A stretch of 63,654 nucleotides of DNA, filler included, from Reticulomyxa filosa (GCA_000512085.1; 22 parts of 22 records of this genome joined end to end with filler, not necessarily neighbours in it); one strand, 5' to 3'; shown: positions 1 through 13,801, counted from the whole stretch's first letter. The notes: generated from the letters alone by a model not told the origin. Translations and numbers: made by a program.

Positions 1-3000
1 CGATTGTGATTGTGACTCTGGTTGTGTCTGCGACGGTGGCTGTGGTTGTGACTCTGGCTGTACCTGTGACTGTAATTGTGATTGTAATTGCGACTCTGGC
101 TGTGGCTGAGGTTGTGCTGCGGGTTGTGCGTTTGAATCAGAGCTGCTGGAAATAGGTGCTGGAGATTGTGGAGCAGTAGTTGCGGCCACATCTGTTGATT
201 CTTGACTCGGAGGAACGTTTGGACTTTTGTTCTCTGATGCTGATTCTTGTGGTGGAGGCTTAGCCGAAGCGTCATCTTCAGGTTTGTTGTTGGCTTGATT
301 GATTTGTACATTGGATTGCAATTCCGCGTTCATCAAAGACTTGCTGATCGCAATTCTTTCCGATTCCAATTTTTTTTGCAATTGTTGCTTTTTTGCTTCA
401 ATATTTTTAAATATCAGAGTCCAATCAAGTTCAATCAATTTCAACCCTTTCTCCAATTCACGCCAAGAAATGTCTCCGTTATGTTCGACATCCATCAATT
501 CAAATATTCTTCGAGTGAATTCTTGAGCAGCCGCTTTTTTCGGGCTCTCTTCTTCCGTTGTTGCATTTGATTCATTGCTTTTGTTTTCTTTATCTTTTTC
601 TTGTTCCTTGGTCTGTGTCTCTTCGTTCGTCTGTCCAGACGGCGCTGGATTGGTCGTGGTCGGCTGGCTTTCGCTTGTTTTCTGTGCTTCATTTTCATTT
701 GGTTGATGTGATTGGACGTGAGGTCTTTCCTTTTGTTTCTTTTTCTTGTGCTTTGCTTCTTCCTCTTGTCTTATTTGATCAATGAGTTTTTTTCTGGAAT
801 TATGGACTGCTTCGGCCAATGGTGGCATTGGAGTTGAGACAGTGCTATCATGGAGGAAAACAAGTATTTAATAAGGAATTAAACAGACAAAAAGACTTCT
901 CCAAAGCGATTGACTTAACACATGCTTCAATAGCCTCTGGACATTTGCAACCAGCAAGATGGCCACGTCCTTTGGTTGGACCACTTTGTTAGGCGCAAAT
1001 GTGTCCAGTATTGTTTCATTGGAGCCCGGTAAATGACCATACAAACTCGTGTCAAAGATTTTATATGTGTTAAAGTTGTATTTTTGAGTCAGCATGTCAA
1101 ACAGAACCGTGCAAATTTCATGTTCTATTTTTTCATCATCGGACATTTTATGGGTATTTTTATCATCCTTTTTTTCTTCTTTTGCTTCTTGGTCTTTTTT
1201 TTCATTTGCATTGACTTCAGTCGACTTGGGTTTTTCTGCTTCATTGGAAACTGTTTCTTTTTTGATTTCCTATTTTTTTTATTTGTGTGCGTGTAAATCT
1301 TTCACTTTGATATTCGTACACATATTCATATATTTGCTTGTTATACAAACATCACCTGGATTGGTTCTTCTGGTTTCTTTTGAGGATTTGTATCTTGCGT
1401 GGATGATGCCACAACAGAGCCGATAATCTCAACATCTGACCCAGATGATTCTCTGTCATCGTCATTGTTATCGTCATCGTTCTCATTGTCGTTATTATTG
1501 TCGTTATTATTGTCATTGTCCTCATCCTCATGATCCTCCTCCGAACCAGATGATCCCGATTCTTCTTGTTCGGATGCTGAAGAGTCATGTTCACTTTCCA
1601 ATTCTTCTGCTTTTTCCTTTTTTGTCTCATTTTTCCCTTTCTCTTCGTCGTGTTCCAAAGGTCGATTTTCGTCGTTGTGCTTATCATTTTCATTTTCATT
1701 TTCATTTTCATTGTCGTTGTCGTTGTCGTTGTCATTATCATTGTCCATTTCATAGAAATAGGATCCAGGACCATGATTGGCATAAGAGCGGATGATCAAA
1801 TCATCTGTGATGACAATACCCCAAATAAGATTGTTCAATGGATCTACACAAGCTCTTGTCAGTCGAATATTGTTGTACGATGTAATGTCTTGGAAATCTC
1901 CGAGGAATCCGCCATCGTGCATGTTGTAAACCCGGGCAAAATGCTTTTCGTTGTTGCTCCATGGTTGCACGTAGGGCGGAACCAATATCACAAATTGATG
2001 GCCGGTGCAATAGAACAAGCAGTTATTGAACATGGCATCTGTGCTTTCGGTGGTGATTTGAGGAGTCGGCTGACATACGATATACCTTGCCAATGCGGCG
2101 ACCGTACGAATGACCTCAGACTGATCTCGATTGCCGGAAAGCCAATTCAACGCGTTGGTTTCGTTGTCATTGTTTATACTCAGCGCTTTATAGCAGATGT
2201 AAGGGTCGTACTGATGTTTTGACTTTTTGGATAAAGTGTAGGCCTGAGCCACTCGGTTTTGAAGTTTGCGTATATTTTCGGAGCAGTTTTCGGACAACAC
2301 TCGCCCAATGGAAAGTCTGGGACTGGGACGTAATCTGCCTGGGATACATCATATCCATATAATACAATACGTTTTGGAGGTGCTCCATATCTATTGCGAA
2401 TTACACCCTCTTCGGCTTCATTCAATTGATATTGTTTGAATCGCTTTTCGCGTTCTGTCTGTTCTTGATTCACAACATCTACCAGAGAGTGCTTTTCCTC
2501 CATTACCATTTTCAGTCGTCTTTTGAACTTTTCTTGTTTTCTTTCAAGCTTCTGGGTTGCTGTCAATTCGCTCCACGATTTTGGTTTTTTCTTTACTTGC
2601 TCTTTTTTTTGAAAAAAAAAAAAACAACAAATGAATGACCTAGTAGTTTGCCAATTGTTTGTTTACTTGTTTAAAAATTTTACAAAGTGTAAACACACTT
2701 TCAAGTGCTTCTTCTCTTCCAATATTGTTTTCCATTTGGACAGGATCAAATACCACTTGTTGTGGATTTTCCGATTCGGTTTGTGTCTCTTTGGAGTTTT
2801 GTTGCAGGTGGCTCGCAAATGCGGCGATTTTTGCCTTTTCTTTTTTGGTTGCAATCATATCTTTTCGCATGTCGTGGCTTTGTTGACAGTATTCGTCCCA
2901 ATCTTGTTCGTACGAAACCAAATACAAAAACATCCCATCTGTCATCATTGGCAAGTCCTTACTTCGCCAAGACAGTGGCACGCTTGTGTCAAAATTGAGT

Positions 3001-3886
3001 CCCAAATGTATGTCATCAATTTTCTATTACGCATGCGGTCATCATCCCAAGTTCAACCAAAGAAATATTTGAGTTTAATTGTGTGCGATGTATGACATTA
3101 TATGCATATACATATGTAATATACAATACACAATATGTAATAGTATATGTTTGACTTATGGCATACTTGCAAGGAATTAGGACTAATGACTTCGATTAAT
3201 CCAGGGGCCATATTTGGAGAGCGTGAATAAATTTTTCCATCAATCCACACAATTTGAACCTGTTCATTGTTACGATAAGTGCAGGCGTCAGTCAACTTCC
3301 AATAGCGAGGATTTTCATTGCTTATGTTGATCTTCAATAGGCCGCGTGAGCAATGCAGATACAAAAATCGGCCGTCTGTTGTAAAGCCACGACCCGAAGT
3401 AATTCGTTGGTGGCGACCTGAGGCTGGACGCGGAGCTGGCACAGCTCCATTGGAATGTTCTACAAGTGTAGCGTAGCGTCCTGCCTCGCGAATCATTGCT
3501 TGAGCTACAAAGCAAATGTATGTTTGTGTTTGTCGTTTTCTTTATTACATTGACGTGTAAATATGAAATGCATATGATATTCATAGATTTTGTGTCTTTC
3601 GACATACCTTTCATCGACTCTCCACGCGGTATAGATACATCACATTCACTCGACTCTCGTTGCACATCTCTTAGCAATGATCTTATGATATGTGGCATCC
3701 ACCCTGTATTGTCGTTTTCCACTTCCGGTTTTGTTTTCAAGTCGTCCAATGGTGCTGTTTCCACCACTGGTTTTTCAGAGTTTTGATTGGTCGATGTTGT
3801 CGTTGTTGTCATTGTTGTCGTTGTTGTCATTGTTGTCGTTGCTGTCGTTGTTGTCATTGTTGTCGTTGCTGTCGTTGCTGTCGTTG
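1..3886 (-). CDS. Internal multi-exon fragment of a very large MYCBP2/Highwire/HECTD4-like protein (probable giant E3 ligase)
   Basis: Minus-strand exons separated by GT-AG introns. Motifs FTTDGRFLYLHCSRGLLKI, MMTDGMFLYLV, FYCTGHQFVILVPP and ACVDPLNNLIWG resemble segments I recall from that family (xxDGxYLY; YTCGxYLVMLVPP; CFDxxNNMIW). D/N/E and Q/S/P low-complexity inserts are present. No HECT or RING domain is in view. Confidence 0.5.
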
Positions 3887-3986
3887 NNNNNNNNNNNNNN
3901 NNNNNNNNNNNNNNNNNNNNNNNNNNNNNNTTAATTAATTAANNNNNNNNNNNNNNNNNNNNNNNNNNNNNNNNNNNNNNNNNNNN
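3887..3986. other. Artificial contig-joining spacer (44N-TTAATTAATTAA-44N), first of 21
   Basis: Identical 100-nt spacers with a six-frame stop cassette start at 3887, 5418, 6834, 8548, 11653, 17350, 20255, 21735, 23875, 27146, 30179, 32177, 33741, 35231, 39348, 44209, 46537, 57357, 59305, 60772 and 62394. Confidence 0.98.
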
Positions 3987-4030
3987 ATATATATGTATAT
4001 ATATATAGTATATATATACATATACAAAAC

Positions 4031-4432
4031 TCATTGAAGGCATGGTGCCATAGTTTTTCCAAATCTTGCCAACTGATCACATTTCCCTCTTCGAATGGAC
4101 ATTTCATCGTATAAGACTCTTGCTGATATTTGCTTTGTGCAGCTTCTCCAACATATATCTCTCTGTTCAAGAGACAACAACAAAATGGTTCCTCTTCATA
4201 CATCATCTGTCAAGTCACTTTGCATTTTCAACTTGCTTGTCCCAACTAACGACTGGTCCATTCTTGGCCGTGCGACGAGAGATGGAAACACCTTACTTGG
4301 AGCATTTGTCCCACCAACACCTACCTTTGTCGTTTCGCTTCCAATATCAATGACACAGGGCCGAATAGATTGAATCTCTATGTCGCTGACATAAGTAAAT
4401 GCATTAAAGAGATCATCGTCAAATAATTCCAT
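4031..4432 (-). CDS. Actin-related protein, N-terminal exons (partial)
   Basis: PCVIDIGSETTKVGVGGTNAPSKVFPSLVARPR matches the actin phosphate-1 motif. After a short intron (~4160-4201) come IYVGEAAQ...KCPFEEGNVISWQDLEKLWHHAFNE, corresponding to actin YVGDEAQ...[25 protein letters not shown]. Confidence 0.88.
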
Positions 4433-4787
4433 CTGTGATCGCAGCTAAAAAAAATTTTCGAAGGCCTTTTTGTGCCCACGTTAACAACAAATTTGACAAT
4501 ATGCACAAACCCGCGCGGTCATTGATTTTGTGTTGCATTCAAAATTAAGCTGCTAGAACAATGATACAAAATACTGTCTACAATGAAAACAGTTTAATAT
4601 TTTCTTTCATGATATTTGTGTTAGTAGTGACTTCGTTAACATTTCAGAAAGAAAAACAAGTTAAGTTCAATGAACATAATAGAAAATAAAAATAGGGAGC
4701 TGTGGTTAAAAATCAAAAAAACCTGAGGCAGTCTCGTACAATTGAAGACAATCCACTCATTAAGACTGATTTAACAACGTTTGCGAA

Positions 4788-5417
4788 ATGACGTTGGTAT
4801 ACTGGCTGCGGTGGGTAGTATTTGTGTGTTATGCCTTGCTGATGTTTGGCGTGCATTACGTGTTGAACTTGAGTTCAATGATAAAATATTGTATGGGAAA
4901 AGAATGGGATAAGAAAGAAGGATTTTCAAGTAGAACAAGAATAGAAGAAATAGGAGAAAGATATGAAAAAGAAATGAAAGAAAAAATAATAATGATAACA
5001 GGAGGAACAGATGGAATAGGAAAAGAAGTAATAAAAGAAATGATAAAAAGAAAAGTAAAAAAGATAATAATGATATATAGAAAAGAAAGTAAAAAAAAGA
5101 TGGAAAAAATAATAAAAGAATATGATAAAAATAAAGATATTATAATAGATATAGAATGTGATTTATCATGTTTAGAATCAATAGAAGAATGTATTAATAA
5201 AATAAAAAAAATGAAAGAAATAAATAAGATAGATATTTTAATTAATAATGCTGGAATATTACAAGATTTATTTTTATTTAAGCAAAGTAATCAAGGTTTT
5301 GAATATATGTTTGGTGTAAATTATATAGCACCATTTTATATTAATATTTTATTACATTCATTATTTAAGAAGAATTTTAATGAAAGTAATAAAGATAAAG
5401 ATGATGATGATGATGAT
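4788..5417 (+). CDS. Short-chain dehydrogenase/reductase (retinol dehydrogenase/WWOX-like) with N-terminal TM, 3' truncated
   Basis: IMITGGTDGIGKE (TGxxxGIG), ECDLSCLESI, IDILINNAG, FEYMFGVNYIAPF. Confidence 0.9.
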
Positions 5418-5517
5418 NNNNNNNNNNNNNNNNNNNNNNNNNNNNNNNNNNNNNNNNNNNNTTAATTAATTAANNNNNNNNNNNNNNNNNNNNNNNNNNN
5501 NNNNNNNNNNNNNNNNN

Positions 5518-5690
5518 GAAAAAGCAATGGTGTGTATATAAGTATTCAATGAAAAATAAAACATTGAGTCAATGCAAATCACATTGTCAATGGAACATTT
5601 GTATCATTTGCAATTTTTAGTGACAATGAAATGAATGTTCATATCATTGGTGGATGTAATAAAAAAAGTGAAAAACAGAAAATGCATAAA
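5518..5690 (+). pseudogene. Kelch-like family C-terminal remnant
   Basis: VYKYSMKNK...FAIFSDNEMNVHIIGG parallels GILNEDKKYIHIIGG of the kelch-like gene at 57827-59007; the frame is disrupted. Confidence 0.5.
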
Positions 5691-6935
5691 TTTGAAAATG
5701 ATTTTCGGTTATGTTAACATTTCATAATGTTAATTTGTATTTTTAAAAAAGAATCTCTTGTATTTGGTTTTGCTAAATCATCTCCAAAGGTTCACATTTA
5801 ATATCAATTCACCATATTCATCCTTTTCATTATAATTAATTTATTGTTTAATTATCTCTTCACCATTTGGTAGTGATTTTTTCTGATTAGATCACACAGA
5901 TACAGCTTTTGCAAATCGTTGTTTCTTGTGTCTTCAGTCGTTTTAAATTTGTAAATATCACATTCATACAATTTTGGATATAATGAAATATCTTTGAAAT
6001 GGAACACTGTTTGAAAATTATTTTCTTTCAATACTAATTGTGCATTTGTAGGATATCATGAATGAATATTTTATTTCCCAATGTACTTAAATAATTGGAG
6101 AATGAAGGAAGATGTTTGTAAATATTATATAATAATACATCTGAGTCATTTACATTCGATGATATTGCTGGTCTACATTTCCATTCAAATAATATTAATC
6201 ATCTCTTCCATCTATTAAATGACTTCTCATTTGTAAATTATGTTGTACATGTTGTATTTCTTGTTTGAAAGTGATTGAATATGAATTCAATGGCTCTTTG
6301 TGTGGTTCCTTATCAATGGATTTCCAAATGACATGGAAAGAGTTGAACTCCTATGTGTTTGAAATGTAAGTGTAACAATTTAATAAATTTGATAATTAAT
6401 GAAAGCAAAAACATACAAATATAAATTATCAATTAACTGATGCACAATTTGATAAATCATCTCTATCAAAAATATATAATGTGTGGAGAGAGTTTTTTTA
6501 TGTACAGCAGTTGTCAAGAGCTTTCCATTTCTCCGTTTGCCTGCACCACACATTGTTCCATGGTTATTTTCAAGTCCCCTTGGTAAGACTGCTTGATTTC
6601 ATTCCATATTTTGGAAAAGACTTTGCTCTCTCTCAACATATACTAAGGTGTTCATAGGCTGGTTTCAATGGGTTCAATACTTCAAATGCGTCATGACACA
6701 CAAATATTCGCTTTTCCGAAAAAATGTAACACAATGTCAAATCTTTGGGAATATCTTTCATGATAAAATATCTCTTATTTATCACACGTTTAAATAAATG
6801 TACAATTGTATCAAACTGTTTATATTTGTCCAANNNNNNNNNNNNNNNNNNNNNNNNNNNNNNNNNNNNNNNNNNNNTTAATTAATTAANNNNNNNNNNN
6901 NNNNNNNNNNNNNNNNNNNNNNNNNNNNNNNNNAT

Positions 6936-7259
6936 ATTCGATCTGGTAAACAAATTCAATTGTTCAATGGACATAAAGATAGGGTGAATGTTGTTGAATA
7001 TTCACCATTTTAAGTAAAAAATATAGAAATTATTAGTGGTTATTCAAATGTGGTATGTTTTGGATCATGGGATAATACAATTCGATTTTGGGATATCCGA
7101 TCAAATAAGAATGAATTATATGTTCTAAATGGAGATGATAAAGAGGATAATGGAATACGATGTTTAAAATTTGTATCATTGAAAAAGAAAGTAAATGATG
7201 ATTATGGAGCTAATTTATGTTATGGCTCAATCAAAGGACCAATTCGTGTTTGGGGATGA
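6936..7259 (+). pseudogene. WD40-repeat gene 3' end with in-frame stop
   Basis: IRSGKQIQLFNGHKDRVNVVEYSPF*VKNIE...GSWDNTIRFWDIRSNKNELY...GPIRVWG, with TAA at 7011-7013. Paralogous to 55381-56760. Confidence 0.8.
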
Positions 7260-8681
7260 ACACGTATGCATTGAGTTTGTAATGAAAAAATATTGATAAA
7301 AATTATTTTTTGTTACAAATGAAAAAGTAAGGACTATGGTTAAATTTGATGTTGAAAAAGAGAAAATACATTACAAAGAATATATGCATTCAAGACAAAT
7401 AAAATTTTTTAAAAAATATAATTGTATATTCTTTGCTCATCTAAGCTGAAATTTTTTTTCTTCAATCAAATTTTTAAATCTCGACTTATTTAATGCCTTG
7501 CAAATATATTTGTCAAAGTAAACAAAAGAATGCACTTTGTTATTCATTGAATTAAGTATTTGTTATATGATAGAATTAGTGAATAACGTTGTATTGGATA
7601 ACAATAAGAAAGCACTCTTCAGGTTATAGAAATGTAAGATATTGAATAAAAGATAGTTACGAAATATCGTTGACTGAGTCCACAACAAATGTGTATTGAA
7701 CTCTTGGAATTATGGATCAAACAGCTTGCAAGAAGCGATCAATGATAGCAATCGAGCTGTTTGAAAACACTATACGACAATTGAATGTTTTTATAATCAC
7801 ATTACAAATCATATTGATAATGCATGATGAATTTAATGAAGTGTTATGCCATCTCGCATATTTGCAGACAAAGCATCTACAAATAAATACAATCAAGTGA
7901 TTGTCTCCAACATCTTAATTTGTCACATGTTTTATATTCAAATAATACTATGTGTTATTAAACAGATTTTTGTTTTTGTATTGTGACGTAATCTCTTTTA
8001 TGTCTTCATAGAATATTTTTTGCAAAATTAAAATATAATTTTACGAATTGTTTTTTGTAAAAATCTTCAAAAATTAGAGTCTTTTTTTGTGTAGGAATGA
8101 TAAAAATTTACTTACACATTGTCAGAAGAAAAAAGTATTTTTTATTTAGTTGATGTGGCGCTTGTTGGAAGTGAACAGTCGCTTTATGTAAAAAAAGAAT
8201 GAGTAAAGTTATTACTTTTTTCACATCAATTTCAACAAGATGATATCAACTTAGATGATAATGTTTTATTAGCAAAAAGAGAAAAGGGTTTTTTTTAGAT
8301 TTAATTTTTTTAAAATTTTTCAAAAAACGTTTTAAATTGTTTATAATTACTTAAATGTTTATCATTTTTGATAAAATATATATTTAATCATTTTTTCAGT
8401 TGTAGTCAACAACTTAAAAATGTAATTGAAAATCGAATGATTTATTGCAACAAAATGAGATTTTATTTTTAAAATGAAAAAAGAATTTACATTTTAAACG
8501 TATTTATGGTTTAATTTTTGTTTTTTTACTAAATAAAATCAAATTTTNNNNNNNNNNNNNNNNNNNNNNNNNNNNNNNNNNNNNNNNNNNNTTAATTAAT
8601 TAANNNNNNNNNNNNNNNNNNNNNNNNNNNNNNNNNNNNNNNNNNNNAAAAAAGAAGTGTTTTTGTTTTCAGTGGGATTGA

Positions 8682-11640
8682 TCACTCCCAGTAAAAAGTT
8701 AAGACATTTTCACCGTTTCCACGGATCAAAATAGTAGCTCTTTTATCTTGTGTACGACTTAGCATGTCCAACACCCCAAGATATATGGCTGGATCTTTGA
8801 ATGAATCAGGATGTGGTGCGGTAACAAAAACGCATTTTTGGTTTTGTGAATAAGTTTGAATCAATTCGCCAACACGCAGCCAACGGTTCAGCCTTGTGTT
8901 ATCCCACTTTTCGCTCTCGGATAATTTGCATCCAGTTAAGCGACAGAAAGTTTCGAGTGTTTCTTTTGTTGGTTCACGACGGCTTGATCTAACCGGATAA
9001 GGACCATTGATATTCAACCGAAATTTGCGCAGGAGAGCTGCCAATTCGGCTTGCCATAAATCTAATTTTTTTGTAATTAAAAGTATTTATCAGTGATCAT
9101 GTTGAGTGTGAAGAAAAGACATATTTGTACCTGTGTCATCACTAAGTTGTGGCAATAATTGATCGTCGACTAATCCTTGTGCCGAAATTCTGGAAACCTC
9201 CAGAAGATGAGCTTGCACACTTCTGGATGTTTGGGTGGCACTTATGGTGGGCACGGCATTCTTGTCTGAGTTACGACCGGATTGGAAAGTATCGCTATTT
9301 TGTGATGCCTCTTCACCAATGTTTGTATCTGAAACCAGGAAAAGCCTGATAATATGCCGTTGTTTTTGTCGGAGTACGTTTTTGCCTCCTTGTTTGAGTT
9401 TTAATTGACTGTCTTTATCCTCATGTCCCTTTTCGTTTGTAAGTTCATCTTCTTTGTATTCATGAAGCGAACTCAGCTTTTTCCAAAATTGATCAATACT
9501 TAATATATGTGGCACCAATAACGACAATCCTCCGTCGTCCAACAGCCACCACACATCAATGATTGTAGCGTTTGCAGATGAAGAAGGATGTTCAAGAGAA
9601 GCAGCGTCAATCGTAACATTGCCAGATTTCATTTTTCCGAATGGAATATGTTCCAAGCCACGACAAATCATAAATCCCATTTTCAGTTGCTTTTCACGTT
9701 ATGTATGTCAAAAGGGGGTAGTAGCACTACGTTTTACGTATACTCAAAAAAAAAAGACAAACGTAACAACACATTCACTCAGCAGTGCGACATACGATTC
9801 ATTAGAAAAATCCTCCGTTGGCTCCATCACATATGATTGTTCTTGTTCTTGTTTTAATTCATGTTCTTGTGATTGATTAGACTCAATATCTGAATCTGAC
9901 GTGTTCCTTATCACAAAGTTGGGCCAATTGTTTTTAAATCCTAATACCAAAACATTACATCTTAACCTTCCCAAGCCAGCTAATTGTACCAACGATTCAG
10001 CACCAGTTTTCAAATTCGGTGCAATAGCCTTTTCATAAAAGGCATGCATTTTCAGATATTTTGGCAAGTAGTTACTTGCTCTGTTGTTCAACAAAGGTAA
10101 TTTGTCTCGAAACTTTCCACACAATATATCACCGTAAATGATTGAACCATTTCCATGTCTCAACGTATAAACAAACTTGACCAAAGGTAATCTGGATTCA
10201 GGATTTCCACACAACACTAAAAATGAGGGTTGATAGTTTTTTACATGATATTTATAGTGCACTAAATCCATAACTGCTTCATTGGCCTATTGACGGAAAC
10301 ACGCAATTTTATATGTTTCTTTTTTAAAAATAAAACAGCAAAACAAGGAAACAAAACTTTGAATTTTGCCCTTGTGTCTAAAGCAGATCCCCAATAAACA
10401 TTTGGTTTCTTATGCAAAACGTAGGCGCAAACGCCTGCTCCCAGTCCAAAAGCCACTAGTGCATATATCCACGAAGTCGCAAACATCATACCGACACAAA
10501 GAAGGAATCCCGCTAAAGCAGTGTACTTGTTGAAATAACGAAAAGACGGACGCCACCCTGGCGAATGACTGATGCACATTACAAAGCAGGCTAATGATAT
10601 AAAACCATACGTTCCCAAAAATAGCTATATCGCAAAACAAAAGTATTACTTTATGTTTGTTAAGGCAATCTGATCTAAAAAAAAAAAAAAAACAAACTTC
10701 TGTAATCAATGGCGCGACAAAATTTAGATCACCAATTATAACAAAAATGAGCGAAATCCCAAAACACAGAAACGCGGACGCCACCGGATCGCCTTTCGAG
10801 TTTGTTCTGCCAAATATTTTAAGACTGGACAACACATTGTCATTCGCAACCGACATGAGTACCCTTGGAGCACAGAATTGAACACTCAACGCACTTGTGA
10901 ATGTCGCTACATAAATACCGATGTAAACCAGGACCGGCACTGCTGCGATATCCACCATACAAAAGTAGTTATGTAGCAATCCATCAGGGGTAATTGCACC
11001 AGCTGCGACAATTCCCATCACCAAATAAATAAATGACGTTGAAAGGATAGCTGTCAATGTGCCTGTTCCGTCGTTTAAGACAAAGTACATTTTCTTTCGT
11101 AATTACAACCAAGTTGTTGTGATCAAGATAAAAAGATAACACAAGATATAATTTCAAAAAAAGACCCTCTTACATAAAGAACCTATACAATTGTAAAATA
11201 TCAAATTTCAATTCTACCTCTTGAAATGTCTTTTCCGGGATCCTTTAAATCCATGGCAATGTTTGCGCCTGCCAATATCTCAGTACAAGCAGCTATTTCA
11301 ACAGACGAATTTTTTCATTGAATCAAAAAAAAAAAAAAAAAAGGGCTCAAGTTAAACGGAAAAAAAGTGCCAACGCTTGCCAAAAATCATAGTGAATGCC
11401 ACCATCAGTGTTGTAGTGTGGCTTCAGATTTGCAGCGAAATTTCCATTTTTCCAGCCTTCAAGGCCAAGTAACTGCCCTTTTTTATCATTTTGAGGAAGA
11501 AAGCACCCGATAACATAAGAGAATATTGCCAATGCCAATATAACAATTAGCCAGTACTGCAATTTCATGAACCACTCCACGCCTAGCAATGTCCAAGCTA
11601 ATGTAAATACTGACAATAATACTCCATATAATCGGACGTT
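8682..11640 (-). CDS. SLC12 cation-chloride cotransporter (NKCC/KCC-like), multi-exon, 5' truncated
   Basis: ACTEILAGANIAMDLKDPGKDI, APRVLMSVAND, GDLNFVAPLIT, SPGWRPSFRYF, YWGS, HVKNYQPSFLVLCGNP, GLGRLRCNVLVLGFK, IDVWWLLDDGGLSLLVPHIL and terminal LIRGNGENVLTFYWE are all canonical SLC12 motifs. Confidence 0.95.
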
Positions 11641-11829
11641 CTTTTTTTTTTTNNNNNNNNNNNNNNNNNNNNNNNNNNNNNNNNNNNNNNNNNNNNTTAA
11701 TTAATTAANNNNNNNNNNNNNNNNNNNNNNNNNNNNNNNNNNNNNNNNNNNNTAAAAACATTTTATTAAAAAAAAAAGTTTATAAGTTTGGAATGGATAA
11801 AAAAAACATTTGCAAAAAAAAAAAAGACC

Positions 11830-13801
11830 GTCACGTCACAAACAACGAATTCGGAGAGAGAATGTGTGTTCGAATTCAATTTGTCTGGACATGGCCGGTC
11901 CGAGTTTCGACAGCTAATCGATTCTTTGGATAGTGTTGATATTATGACTCAATGTTGGTCCACCCAAATTGTTGATACTTGTTTCACTTTTCAAAACGAA
12001 TCATGGAACTTTGCATTTCCAAGTTTATAAAAACATATATGTGTACATATATGTATATGCATGTGTGCAAGGACATACATTGTTGAGACATTTATTATTA
12101 TTATTTTTTTTTTTTTGGTAAAATGTGTGGTAAAGAAATTGCATACATGTCAATGAGCACGGATAACGGATGGAGTGGACGTGTGACTTTTGCGACAAGT
12201 CAGCAATATAAATTGTTCCGCAAAGCGGAAGAGGATGGCCTAGTGCGCTTTGAGACTAAGGGAAATAATGATTACTTGGGATGCATTACATTTGAGGCAT
12301 TGAAAAACCAATGGCGAGACGATATTTGCACACTGTCGTATACAGAAGCGTTTCCGGATGTCTATCGTTGTGATTGTGTTAATTCCGTTCCTCAAGCGTC
12401 CGCCTCATACAATCAAGTGCTAATTGTCGCCGTCCGTCAATCATCCAAAGCGTTGGAGAACCCTATTTGGGGACTGGTCCTAGGAATACTGTTCGGAGCA
12501 TTGGGAGTCACAATTGCTTTACTCGCAATGTTTCAATTGAAAGGTCAATTCATTGACAATGGGGAAAGAGTTTGTTTATTCTTATTTTTTTTCTTTTTTT
12601 TTTTTCTCTCTTCTGAATACATATATGTACGTATACACACATACACACTTGTGTATGTGTAACATATCTGTAATGCGTGGGAAAAAATGACAAGAAACAT
12701 GGATGGTTTTGGAATTACTCGATAAAAGGAATGTACGTGTTGACAGTGGTGGTTTGTCTGATCGAATGTTTTGTGCACATTTATTTTTACAAAGAGAGCA
12801 GCGTGAACACGAAAAATAATTTAAAACGTTGGTTCATTGGGTTATATTTACTTTTGCCCATTTGGGTTGAATTGTCCATTTTGACTCACTTCTTATGTTT
12901 GTACATGTTGGGGTATTTGTGGCCGATCATGGCTCCTTCGCAACACAGATATTTGCAAATACTCTTGCTCTTTGTCGTTTTGTTGTATATGTTGGTTTTG
13001 GTCATTTTGCCCATTGTTTCCCGCTTTCAAATTCATACCAGTCTCTATTGGAAAAGTTATGCATATCATATATGTATATGTACATATATGTACATGCATT
13101 ATATTATTAGACAATCAAATAGGAAGACATTTTTTTTGTGCTTATGTTGTTTTTTTTTTTTGGTTTTTTTCTTTGCTTTTGGAACGATCATTCGCTCTCC
13201 AGTTATGGAAGTCATCGGATACGTTGTTGGAGGAATACTGATCTGGTACTTGCTACTTTTTATGACCGTCTGCATTCAGACCAAAATTAAAAGGGATGGA
13301 CAAAATGTTCGAAAGAAAAAAAAGTTCATTTTCCATACCATCCCTTTTTGGATTATTGCATTCTTGTGCATGTTGTACCAAGTTACTTATACGTCTTTTT
13401 TTTTTTTTGCTTGTGTTCTGTTTACATGTATACGTATGGATATACGAGTTTTTCCTTCTTATGATCATAAAAAGGTATTGTGTTTCGTCTTAACTGGACA
13501 TTGCGTCCGTGGAGAAGATTGGGACTCGCAATGTGATGTGGAAGGTTTGGATGGCTTGAATGCAATGCACCAACATACCGCGGTCGCCTATTCTTGCACT
13601 GTGTGGATAACACTTGCAATGATTGTGGCCCCTCATTGGTTTATACAACGTTGGCTGGAGTGGAAGTTACGAAAAGCAAATGGATGCTTTGGTGGCAGTA
13701 GCTACAATCTCCGGAACTCGAAAATGCGCAGCTACTATGGCCCAGAAAACAGATCTCTCAAAAAAACGTACAGTATAGGGGACAGCGTCTATGATACATA
13801 A
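11830..13801 (+). CDS. Multi-exon multi-pass membrane protein with Cys-containing N-terminal region (possibly GPCR-like)
   Basis: ORFs 12123-12662 and 12677-13801 contain about seven hydrophobic segments interrupted by poly-T/TATG introns. No family motif recognised; the 5' boundary is uncertain. Confidence 0.5.

Noticed and set aside
5760-6833. Minus-strand coding-like remnant
   Set aside because: It looks like a decayed gene, but I cannot assign a family or a reliable frame.
7011-7013. In-frame TAA here and TGA at 34051 as evidence of a non-standard genetic code
   Set aside because: Conserved genes end normally with TAA (DAD1), TGA (SLC12, SWI5) and TAG (caspase-like), and long ORFs lack internal stops; these are pseudogene lesions.
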